Below, piece after piece: positions 41,318 through 52,800 of a DNA stretch of 64,000 nt (positions within the stretch are counted from its first letter, which is position 1; each line of letters opens with the position of its first letter). Origin of the DNA: Phoronis australis (taxonomy: Eukaryota; Animalia; Phoronida); the NCBI GenBank assembly GCA_002633005.1, contig NMRA01000141.1, positions 235,609 to 299,608 on the forward strand, read 5' to 3'. The notes beneath the pieces are model-generated. The model saw only the letters and a list, made by a program, of their open reading frames with translations, was not told the origin of the DNA and did not search any database. A program made the translations under genes and the position numbers.

Positions 41318-42109
41318 CAATCTCAAAGCATAGCTACCTTTTAAACAAACCCACAGTCAAACATCTGACAAGAATTTATAAACAAATTTCCACGTGACTG
41401 CACGGTTCCAAGATGGTTGCGCTAAACCTTTATTTCTCGCTACACGGTATATATTTCGAGCTTGAAGTTCCCCGGGAATGAAGATAATATTTTGCTAGAC
41501 ATATGTGAAATATTAACTTTGTGAATAAGGTTCGAGATATCCTTAAACTGTTCATAACTTACATTAACATATACATTTTGCTCTATCTGACAACAACATA
41601 TTTGCAACAGAATAAACCACTTGTGGTTTCCAAACTTAGAAGAAAAGTGGTACAAAATCCCTAAATTCTTGCACAACAGCACCCTGCACATGGAAAACCA
41701 GCACGAAATCCAGAATGAGCCTGGTGTCTAATCCCTCAGTACTTGAAACTAGACTCAAAATTTATGACACGCTTCAAGTAAAACTTACAGTCGCACCCAA
41801 AACACGTAGCGCCTGGTTAACCAAGTGTGAGTTTGCAGGTTAGATGCTCACCTATACACAGATCAACAAGTACGAGCACCGAGCACCGTTTACTTTCAAT
41901 TCCCTTCTTTATTCCACTTAGCCAACTCTGTCAAGGTCACAGTTCAGCCACAAGGACCATGGCTAGCTAAAACAAAATAATGTTACATAATATCACCAGT
42001 CACCACATTCTATTTAATTACTTCTTAATGTCCACTTTAATAACAAATTCAAGGTTATGCTTATCTGCACTGACATTGGCAATAGTCGGATATAACGAGC
42101 CTGTATTTT

Positions 42110-42697
42110 GTGTTCAATGACAGCGAGTCCAGCTACTCACAACTCTTAGTTAAGGCTAGATGGCGGATGAAATGTTTATCTATTGAAGTATTCAAAAATG
42201 TTCATATTATTGGACCCTGTCCTTTGTCAGGAAAGCTTGAATTTAGAGAGTCTGGATACGGTCTCAGAGGTGAAAACTGTTTCTATGTGAAACGCTTTAA
42301 TACGAGGACTTACGGATGTAACTCAATCTCCCATAAAGATACTTTGTTGTGGAACTCATTGCCATCAGTAATGAGACAATGTACTGTCTTAAATGAATTC
42401 GCCACTCTTGCTCATGACTTTTTCTCTGAGATCTGCTCTTGTGAAAACTGCTATGGATCGCCTACACGCTCTGTAACATGTATGTGTACTTTTGTATTTA
42501 TATTTATATTTATGTTTAAGTTCTGTATATTCTCCGTACTGTAGAATTAGCTAGTATTTTAGTTCTATTCATTTTGTAGATTTTAAATTTGTCGGATAAT
42601 AGCACTTGTGCTAACGTTTCATTGTTAAATCTCACCGACTTTTAAATAAAGATTACTACTACTGCTACTGCTACTGCTACTGCTACTGCTACTACTG
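42110..42697 (+). mobile_element. 5'-truncated CR1/L2-like LINE 3' end inserted into a palindromic MITE
   Basis: ORF 42110-42544 resembles LINE ORF2 C-termini (YGLRG...RFNTRTYG.NS....LLWNSLP); AATAAA followed by a (CTA/CTG)n tail at 42652-42697; the flanking halves rejoin into the 10090-type MITE. Confidence 0.7.
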
Positions 42698-42954
42698 AGA
42701 ACCAGTTTTATGCCTGTTGGGAGAAAACTGCATGGTTCTCAAAATTTGGGCACGTTTATATCCGACCATTATCTGAAGTGTTGGTAATTCCAAATACAAG
42801 TACAGTAGACGTTAGAAGTAATCAGAGCCCGCCAGCAAAAAACAAGGGCTAGCTGTTTAACTTGTTGATCTGGTTTTGAAAATGTAGGTATAGTTTAGCC
42901 AAAGTCAAGTATTAATGGTTAGTCAACGAAGAAAAATCATATCAGTCATCACAG

Positions 42955-43009
42955 TAGGCAATGACCATCGAACCGGGTTCGGGCCAACAGAGGCGATGGT
43001 CATTGCCTA
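42955..43009. mobile_element. 55-bp minimal TIR element with 9-bp TSD (Mutator-like)
   Basis: Perfect 16-bp TIR TAGGCAATGACCATCG; TCATCACAG duplicated at 42946-42954 and 43010-43018. Confidence 0.75.
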
Positions 43010-43331
43010 TCATCACAGTAGGCCTAGGACATAACTAAGTTCTCGGGACAAGCAATCCAAAGTTCGTGGCGACAATTTCAAAAAAAATGTTAGTCTCATT
43101 TATGGCTCTTGAAATTTGACTAATATCCATAGACTCAAGTCACAAGATAGATCGGCCCCTATTAGCTATAGACAGTAGGCGTAACAAACAATCACTGAAT
43201 CGGTCTAAGTGACCGTCCATAGCGACCATTCACTTTCAACGTCTTACAAATCTTACAATCAATACGCCTATTTAAGTCAAGACGAAACTAGACTGGTAAT
43301 TTTTTGCTACTTTCCAAGCTTCATTACTTAC

Positions 43332-43560
43332 ATAATATTCTCCGGAAGCGTTTTTTATTAACGAACACGATAAGGTCAATCCGAAAACAGTCCGAAACGA
43401 GCAAGTGTCACTATAACAGTTACACAAACTTTCTCAGTGCCTTGCAGTTCAACGATTTTATAGGGGAGGTTAAGTGAAAATAGAAAATGTAAGTCGATTT
43501 ACATAACATTTAAAACTTTTCTATTATTGGACACGCCAAGGAAAGGGGTCATGAATTGGT
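43332..43560 (-). promoter_or_regulatory. Candidate lipoxygenase promoter and non-coding first exon
   Basis: On minus: CCAAT near 43558 and 43530, TATA box CTATAAAA (43463-43456), then a GTAAGTAA donor at 43331. The ATG exon starts immediately after an acceptor, so an upstream exon is needed. A second donor (GTAAGT, 41788) could mark another UTR exon. Confidence 0.45.
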
Positions 43561-45777
43561 AACATTTTTTTTATCATTTTTTGAGAAAATAAGGTATATA
43601 GCTGTTTGTGAAAAAGCATCTGAATTTTATTATCTAGGCTCATAGGAACCTCACAGTGCTGTTCGGTTTACCAACAACCCGGAGAGAGAACGACACAAGG
43701 ACAATAGTAAGAAATGCTGAATGGGTTTGTTCTTCTGTTCAGTGCCACTGTTAGCACGTAAGCCAATGTATGACAAACCGCCAATACTTCTTTCATTCTT
43801 CCTTTTTGATATGCAAGCAACTCTTGTATTCTGTCAACGAATTCACACGGGGATTTGTATTATTTGGTGCATATGGGATATCTGTGCACGGGCTCTTATT
43901 TCATTCACCTTTTCACACAGGTGATTGAAAATAAGCGCCCGTGTCTGTGCCGCAGCCCTTGCTGTGTTGGAGAGTAAAACAGTTTTGACTTCACCGTCAA
44001 ACGGGTTTATTTGCCAGTTCCATTGATTGATTTATTTAACATCTATTGAGCATGGACGGGAAACCACAACAAAACAAAGGCAGAACAAATACTAAAAGTA
44101 CAATCGATACACGAATTACACGGACAAATGATAACTTATTTTCACCGTCTAATATAGTAAGTTTTATTATATTGAGTATTATCATTCAAACAATAAATAC
44201 AATGATCGAGGCCGGGACGATGCGGCAACTGTGCTCAAATGACAACAGCCTTGTTTATTGAAGAAAACAAGATTACAGGCATAATTTCATGAAGAGGTGA
44301 TCAAAAAAGGAATCAAGTCTTTTAACCAAAATAAATGCCGTCGCCCTCTTCAACATTTTGATTTTCCAGCTGTAGCGATATAAGGGCGATAAATGTTCGT
44401 TGATTCTAAAACCATAGGAGTACGAAGTGTAGGAATGGTTCCTGGACTTCTTTGTATAAATTAATCAAAACTAGGTCGTTTGTTTGCTATTGCTGAGCCT
44501 ACAACAGCCCACCGACCTAAAGTTTCATTGCACGCCCGTGCATTTTCCCATACAGATGGCCCGGGCTCGGAGGCCGGGAATTACGGACCCCCTTGAAGTG
44601 TGGATAAATTTTGGACCACCCTGTACAGAATTCGTAAATAAATAATTAATTCATTTGTGATTTAATTGTTTAATTGCATTAAGAAACAAATATGATAAAA
44701 GAAATGGCACGCGATTAGACTATCTATACAGTTATAAAGATTTTGGAGTCTCTATTGATCAGCCACGAAAAACCTGAGTGAATGAGCAATTCAAGCTGTT
44801 TACCGCACACAGGCTTTGTTCTGTTTGGCTTTTAGGTTTCCTACCGTGTTGCATTCACGCTGTCTGCTTGTATGCTCTTTCACCTGTTGCAAATGTTTAT
44901 TTCACTGTTTATTTCGCCTCCACCTAGGCCGTTACATAGCTGTGGACGCCGTAGGCGTACACGGGACCCTGTATAGCCAGCCGAAGAGCTAAGTGTTGCC
45001 CGTAGCTTCCATCAAGGAGTGTAGTATAGATTTTCATGGAAATGTGCAAGTCTAAACATGGATTTTCACTTTTACACGATGGTTGCCAAAAACACCAAAT
45101 AAAATCCACCCCCTCAAAGCTGGGGTCACAGAAGTGCTTTACGAGCTTCCTTTTCACAAGGTCCACAGCTTTTGATTTCGGGAGTTCAGTTCTCGCCCTG
45201 AGGAACGCACCCCAGAACTGTTTCAAAGTCACGTGATAATGTGAATGACTATTGCGAAATAGTTATTGATGCGTTTAATATAGCATCGTGATTAGGCCAC
45301 AAACAACTCTTTCAGCGAGTGTAAGTGGTTCCCAAGGCGCGTCTACAAACCGTGACTACTAGATCGACTAAGTGTGGGTTTTTGAATGGACGTAGGGGCA
45401 TGATGTCTATGGTCGTCGTTTTGAAAACAGTACGCTCGTGGCGTGACACGCGCACGCGCCATTTCCTAAAATTTTGCGACATTTCTCGGGATGATGATAG
45501 CTTGNNNNNNNNNNNNNNNNNNNNNNNNNNNNNNNNNNNNNNNNNNNNNNNNNNNNNNNNNNNNNNNNNNNNNNNNNNNNNNNNNNNNNNNNNNNNNNNN
45601 NNNNNNNNNNNNNNNNTGAGCATTTGAAGACTATTTTAAATACGACAAATTTGTTAAGAATTGATGGCACAAAAAATAAAACGTGTAATAAGCATTACAA
45701 AAAGAAGTAGGTTTCGCACGCAAACGCTGTGGACCATAGATAAGTAGGTCTCTTGGAAAGCGATCAGTGGTTAAGTT

Positions 45778-45850
45778 GTGGTGGTGTAGTGGTAACGCAC
45801 TCGCGCTCTATCCGCCAGGTCGTGAGTTCGAGTGTTAGATTCTCGCAGTC
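45778..45850 (+). mobile_element. tRNA-derived SINE head or tRNA-like relic
   Basis: Pol III A-box (TGGTGTAGTGG) and B-box-like (GAGTTCGAG) at tRNA-like spacing, but no closing acceptor stem. Confidence 0.4.
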
Positions 45851-45959
45851 TTTTTCTGTTCGACACGTTCTCCGTTTTTTTTTTCTTTTTTGTCTCTCTT
45901 GTCTTCAGGAATCAAGGAAAATGTTTGATTTTTAGAGGTAAGAACAGAAAAATTTCGAC

Positions 45960-46070
45960 CTCCCCCACTTCGGTGCTGTGCGCATCTACAATCGTGGTTC
46001 AGTTTGCGCAAACGCTTACAGCCGGACAAAAAGTTGGGCCCCCCCTTGTGATATCCTAGATCCGCCACTG
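45960..46070. mobile_element. Right half of the same G/C-run MITE
   Basis: Near-identical to 30141-30251 (TTCGGTGCT.TGCGCATCTACAATCGTGG...TAGATCCGCCACTG). Confidence 0.6.
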
Positions 46071-47599
46071 GCTTGGCAGCAGCAAAACTCAGTGACTTGT
46101 CCAAACGCCATTTTTCCAACACCGTTAAATAATTTAGTTTACTCAAGGAAGACTGTAGTTTTTAATGACACTAATTTTGTGCCAGATTTTATCTTAGGCT
46201 TGCCACTTTTTTACCCACATCGGTGCAAAGCTGTATATTTATAATTTAGTATACAGCTTTGTACCAAGGCTACCAAGTTGTCTGCTTCATGAAAGCATTC
46301 GAGGACAGTCAGCTGATGTTATCCTGCTGGCTTGGCTAACTTGTTTACAGCTACTGTCCACATTGGAAAGAATTAATTCTTGGATGGGCGTGGAAGTAAT
46401 TGGCAATTTCCAAGGGCCATTACTCATACATGTAAACCAGCAGAAAGCACTTATTTTGAGGAAAGCCAAGTCAAGTGCCTGAAGTGACAAGTGCCGAAGT
46501 GTCATACTGATACAATTCTTGGCATGTTAGCAATATTGAGCCAGCTGGGACATTGCTGAAACCATGAAGTTTTGAATTAGTGTGCTACTTCACAATAGAC
46601 TGGCAAGATGTTTGCCCCTTGTTGCATTCTCGTCTCAGATTCTGCTCATAATTCTGAGCTCCTGTGTTGCCTTCACAATGTATCATTTGCCAAAAATCAA
46701 AGTGCATCACAGAGAACTTCACAAACAAAGGACAACTTGAAAACCTATCCCAGTTCCAAACATTCACTTGTAAATTGACCTACCTATATTTAAAAAACTG
46801 TCATTTATGGTAAAAATCTTTAGTTTAGGCCAGAGAATTACCTTGCTTCATAAATTTGCGGTATCAGCCTTCCCAATCTCAAAGGTACTGGCAGTAGTTT
46901 TTATCTACATGTGAGTGATCAACACTGATTTTTATGAACTTCCAAGCCTATTTTCATACCCTTTTATGTAAAAACATGAGCAGTGTTTGAAAATTGAAAA
47001 ATATAAAAATGGAAATATTGCCCTTATGTAATTCATTATCTTGAAAATCCAAATTTTGCAAAGATTTCAGAATCTCACATCTTGAAGATTCTTGAATTGA
47101 GAATTTTTAGAACGGGAAAATTTTTACTCTTCCAATTATGTGCTGTCTAAAACAGGAAGTATCAAAAGAAATTTTAGCTCTACCGTAAATAATACGCATT
47201 CCAATTCCATTCAACAACTATTGCCAAAATGACCATTCCTCTATTTTCAAACTCTAAACTACTGCTAAAAATTCTCCCGTGTCTTAAATTCTTCGAAGGC
47301 AACTGTACAGTGCAATCAATGCTAGTAATGATGCTCATTTCTCTTAATGCATACTTTTGCTGAGCGCATTGACAAAATTTCACTTGTTGTCCATACTGTG
47401 TGCTAAAGTGAAGAGCATTTTGGTTATCTGTTTCAGTAAAAAGGATTACTGTAACATGGCTGAAGTGTTTAGATGAAATGGTATTCAGGTTGACAAAAAT
47501 TTTTGATTCCGGGTAGGGTGCACGCTTGCAGAAATATTTTTTAACTTTTTCTTTATAAAGTTGGGCTCAGCATTTGTGTTTCCTGCTCAACTCATGGAA

Positions 47600-48040
47600 G
47601 ACATTGAACCTTTTGAATGCTGTACGGCGACTCATCATCAACAGTTGACAAAGCTCGCTACCGCATACTGAGGTTGAAATCTGTGGAATCATATCTGCCT
47701 CTTGATCATGATTGTTTGCTGTTACATGTCAGTGTGCCATTCACAAACGGACCTTGCAACAGCATGTCAGTGCACCATCTCCAGCTGGTAATGGGTGGCT
47801 TTTGGTGCAGGGTAGTCTGAAGTTCCATTGGACGACTCTGCGTTTAGCCCCAGAAAAAGGCATTAAAAATGTTAATTGCAAGTGTAAAAAGAGTGCTTGT
47901 AGAACAAAAATGTGCTCTTGTTTGAAGTGAGGCATGCCATGTTCTAAGTTCTGTGACTGTCTTGTGTAAACATGGTGTCTCAAGAAACAACTTTTGATGA
48001 CAATAATGATGATGTAAATGATGATGGAATGGATGAAGAA
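47600..48040 (+). mobile_element. Decayed DNA-transposon ORF C-terminus with Cys8/CXC zinc finger (Academ-like)
   Basis: Frameshifted translation ...ARYRI...LP....LLLH...PSPAGNGW...LKFHW...AP....VNCKCKKSACRTKMCSCLK*GMPCSKFCDC followed by an acidic tail. This pattern is typical of nuclease plus Cys8 transposon proteins. Confidence 0.55.
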
Positions 48041-48859
48041 ACATAATAAGTTTGTGCTATGTTGTTAAATAACTTTAGATTTGTAACCTAATGAAAATAT
48101 TGACAACATTTTATGATGCTCGTGGCACTCACTGAGAACTGCACGGTGTATCGTTCTCCTGTGACAGTGAACTGCAGTGTGGATAATGATAATTAATTTT
48201 GACAATTAATGAAAATGACGACAGTGAATTCATTGAAGAAGCTTGGAAATTTATGTTATTCATATGTAGGTTGTAATATTAAATCTTTATCAAGTTCCAA
48301 ATGGTTAACAGTGTTGTTCTTTTGCTAAGAGTTCAGAATATACCGATAGTATGTTTTCTGGCCAACAGTAGGCGCTGCTAACATTTTTCTTTTTTAGCAA
48401 TTTTCCACCTAATTTCATAATATTTATCACTTTTCTTGTCCAGTAACTTCAAAGGAACAAACCCCAATCAAATTATCATTCAGTTTTTGTCTAGTATTGT
48501 TGGTTTTTGGAGATTGGTTTTCTGTGTCAAATTTTGCAGTCATATTTTTGAGATCAAATTTCTCGAAATATTCTGAAATCTATGGCATGGTACAGATAAT
48601 TCGACTTTAAGGTAAATACCCAGCTTTACATGAAGATATCGGATCAGTTTTCAAGTGAAGGTGAACAACGTGTGGGGTTCTTTGGATTTTCGCTGGCTCC
48701 GAAATACTTTTTTTCATAGTCGCAGCTTTACAAATTCTCAAGTCACAAACGTATGTTTCTCAGCTGAAAAGTACCGCCTGTTGTCTTTGACAAAGCATTT
48801 TCAGAAAGTGCAAAAAACACCCATCAATTCCACCAGGAACGTCGTTTAGAAACTGCATT

Positions 48860-49057
48860 TGCCTCTGACATATTGCTTGTTTGTCGGGTGTCACGTGACT
48901 TTTCGCAAGGAGGCGGAGCTTGCGATAGGTCAATTGACCTATTGCTAGGCTTAACTGACCAATCGGAACGCAGCATTCATGTTAGTTTCCAAGCCGCCAT
49001 TTTACTCGTCAAACAGCACGTTGTCAGGTAAGTGGACGGAGCGTGCGATAGGTCAAT
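48860..49057. mobile_element. Two abutting partial copies of the ATTGACCTATCGC MITE family
   Basis: GCGATAGGTCAATTGACCTATTGC junction at ~48922-48945 and a second GCGATAGGTCAAT end at 49057. Confidence 0.6.
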
Positions 49058-49231
49058 GTTTGGGAATAGACTCTAGCCGTCAACAACCTATCCCAAACAC
49101 CTTGGATACTTGCTTAGGCTCAAATTATCCTACTGCGTATTTGAAATACATTCATTGAGCATTTTTGACGCTTCAAATTTCCCTTTGGAGGTGAATCTTA
49201 ATTGTTGAACAACCTTAAATTCAAATTAAGT

Positions 49232-50500
49232 ACATGAGCAACGCGGAGCATTGAAATGCGCCCGCGAATGCATTGCAAATGGTGCGCTTTTAGTGTTATT
49301 TATTTGTACCATAAAAATGGCCACTAGATGGCGAAAAAACATACAATCCATCCAAAACAGGAACATGCCATATTTCATAAAAATCTGTCAAGGAACTTCA
49401 GAGAAACAAAGGAAAACAGAATAAAATGAAATTGCCACTAGTGGGCACAGTGTCCGTTGAATCCGCCTGAAAGTCGTTGTCGTCTGTTGTTATCTTCATA
49501 TAAATACACTTACTAAATTTAGTGAAGATCCTGCAGTGGGTTTAAGAGATACAACTATGGGCGCAAAACAAAACTACCACTAGGAGACAGCACAGAAGTC
49601 AGTCACCATCATCAAAGGTCGTCATCTTCCCACCGAGAACATATATGCCAATTTTCAAATGAGTTGGTTGATACAGGGGTGGACACCAAAAACAAGATTT
49701 GAAAACAGCAAAAATGGCCACTAGGTGGTGCAAAATACCTCGATTCCATCCATAAACAGGAAGATAGCGTCATCACACCAATAAATGCCTATATCTAAAA
49801 TTTTATTAAAATCTGTTGAGGACCTTTGAAGATACTGAGTTAAACGTAAAAAACTAAATTGCCACTAGGGGGCACAGCAGTAGTCAGATCTGTCCGAAAT
49901 TCGTCGTCATACAAAGTCAACATCATATAAATACACTTGCTAAATTAAGTAAAGATCCTGCGAACAGTTTAGGAGATACATCCATAGGCGCAACAAAGAC
50001 AAAACTGCCACTAGGAAGTGCCACAGTAGTCGAAATCGTTGGAAAAACATCGTCAACCGTTGCCTTTATAGTAAGCACATACATCCCAATCTCACAATCA
50101 TCCTTTGAGCGGTTTGGTTGATAGAGGGGTGGATGCAAAACAACAGTAAAAATGGCCACTATGTGTCGCAAACTACGTCGAATCCATTCGAAAACGAGAG
50201 TATAGCGTCATCTCACTAATAGGTGACTACATAACAAATTTCATGAAAATCCGTTCAGGACTTTTGAAGATACAAAGGTAAGCATAAAAAAATATAATTG
50301 CCACTAGGGGGCACACCGGTAGTCGGATCCGTCCGAAAGTTCGCTCATGCCGTCACATTCATGAATGGAACATATGTGCCACATTTCATGAACGTATGTC
50401 AAAGGGTTTTGGAGATAGAGCAGCGGACGCCGGACGGACGCCGCCCGGACGGAGATGACTGCAGAATGCGTCCACATATAAATATGTGGGCGCATGAAAA
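49232..50500 (+). mobile_element. Pearl/HINE-like element, copy 2, near full length
   Basis: Shared 5' head; subterminal inverted repeat ATGCGCCC (~49256) / GGGCGCAT (50488-50495); 8 internal units; (CGGA)n-like microsatellite ~50424-50452; 3' hairpin ATGCGTCCACATA..TATGTGGGCGCAT followed by GAAAA. Confidence 0.75.
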
Positions 50501-52800
50501 TGAATATTGCATCAGTTGGAGACCAGAGCTTGAATTTTGGCCCTAGCCTCAGGCCACCTTTGTTTCACCATTCAAAAGCAAAAAAATTCCAACTAATGCA
50601 GCCTGTTTATGGACAAGAGTGTAAACACAGCACAAACTCCACAAAGATTTCTTTATTTATTTTTGAAAAACTAATTTCTTGAATTCAATTACTGCTAAAA
50701 ACATCTCAAAACTGTCACAGTTTACAAACTATTTACAAATTTCTATTTCTCCACAGTCCAATAATATTCATCACACAATAACAACTAGGGCAATCCAACT
50801 AAAGCGCCCCCTCACGGACAAGAGAGGCAACTTCACATGAATTACACCAATGTGGGATTCCCAATTCAACAGTATTGAAACCAACATCAAATGATGTGGA
50901 AGAGAAATACTGTACCACTTTGTTACTGGAATATCATCAATTCCACAACAGTCTCTGATATTTTACTCAAAGTCTAAAATTTTCTTTGCAACTCTGTGGA
51001 ACAAGGAACTACAGTCGGTCTACCACAATTTGCATTCTGTAACTGAAGAACCCCCGAACAACGAACAGTATGAAAAGTAGAATTCAGGAAACCAAACAAG
51101 AAGAAACACCAAAATCGACAGACAACCAAAATTGCACAGAAAAGGTTCCCTGATGCTAATAAAGATTTGCTAGTCTTTCCCTTTACATTCTACTTATAAC
51201 TGCACATTTCCTAAGGAACAGTTCTGCCACAGACAAAACCCAACAGAAATACATGACTGATGCATATGACGCGAGACTCGATATTTTTTCACCAGGTGGC
51301 ACTTATGTAGAAAAGTTCCTCTTGGCACAAGGTTGCATACCAGCATGGAGGCATTAGCGAAATAAAGATCCCCATGACCACCTGAATGCAAAGATTTACA
51401 TAGGTCGAACTATTGTTTCACAAACGCCACCTAGTGAACTACGACCTCCTCATGTTAGGCTCCAGCCCATGTTTGCATGTCTAAGATCCAGCCTTGTATT
51501 TTCCATAACCAGACACTGAGGCAGGTGAACTACACCAAAGACCAATTGAAAGTTAATGAAATAAAAGGTTACCATAGCAATAATAGGTTGCTTTTCACAC
51601 AGGATTGTCTAGTCATTAGTGCCGCAACATATGGAGCCATAAATACCCGTGGTCGACTCGTATGACAGGCATTTGTACTAAAATCACAGGAATTATTGTT
51701 CGCAAAACCATGAACAATGCATACTATATGCATATCATTTCCATGAGCGCATGAAATAAGTTGTTCGCGGCAGCTGTTCATCTGCGAACTACCCAATTTC
51801 TAAAGACTTAATCAATTGTTACACAGAACATGTTAATAGAGAATTACGATAGTCCAATGACGTTCAAGCCCGCTGGAGGCAGGCAAAATTAACTGATAGA
51901 GGTTGTACAAACTAATTCACTGTGTGGCCTGTGACTGACAATTCATTCCCAGTTAACATTCAACCAGATGTGAGTGACAAATGAAAGACAACACAGGAGC
52001 TTTTCAAGCTGCCCAGTAATTCTTCAGTTATTTTGCAAAAAAATTGTCACTTTCAACAAGTACTTAAATTTTCACTATGCATTGCCTTGTAATAACTGAG
52101 CCCTGTTTCAATAAAATGTTGTAATTTAATGGCATTATTTTCTTACAACAAGCCTTTGAAGAGACTAATGGTTTAAGTTTCCATTTAATCTCTGAATAAA
52201 GAAATATCTTACAATTGCAGCGATTTTGGAAACAGACTCGTGTAAATTTAGAGAACATGTTTATGATGGGATTAAATTCTTAATTTTATTTTGGTGAGAA
52301 ATTTGACAAAGTTAAAGTTCATTTTTGTGAACGAAATGAGTGAAGACCTAATGTAATGACCACAGCTCCACCTGTCTGCTGCAGGTGCTGCTAACAAAAT
52401 GCCACAATAAATATCTGATGCGTATAGAACCACAGGCTCCATAAATGTTGACTGCGAGCTGAGGCCTCTGATCAGATGTGAGGCTCAGCTTTGCCAATAC
52501 ATCTTTTCACAGAACTTGAGGAAGAACTCACAAAGATCAATTAAGTCCATGTCACTGAGATTACAACTAGCAGCCGTTTCACTCTCTTGCTCTGTCTTTT
52601 TCTTCATCATTACACCATGTGCACAGTCAGTGGTCATTTTATAACACCTGTGGGTCATTTTACTGACCATACAGCTCGTTCAGATTAGCAAAAATTCCAT
52701 TACTGGCCACAGCAACGACCCATGTTCTCTCAATACCACTGATGTCGAATTGTCGCAAGGAAACAATGAAGTGAACCCATGATCTGTCAATAGATGTCTC

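Noticed and set aside
39069-44000. Allene oxide synthase (catalase-like) domain fused upstream of the lipoxygenase, as in coral AOS-LOX
   Set aside because: No catalase-like exons were found. The LOX has its own ATG with an acylation motif, and upstream DNA consists of repeats and promoter-like sequence.
44924-45232. 102-aa minus-strand ORF as a gene
   Set aside because: No recognisable domain or splice context; it lies in repeat-like sequence beside a gap.
49232-50500. CRISPR-like array (regularly spaced conserved motif)
   Set aside because: The intervening sequences are homologous to one another rather than unique spacers, the context is eukaryotic, and no cas genes are present.
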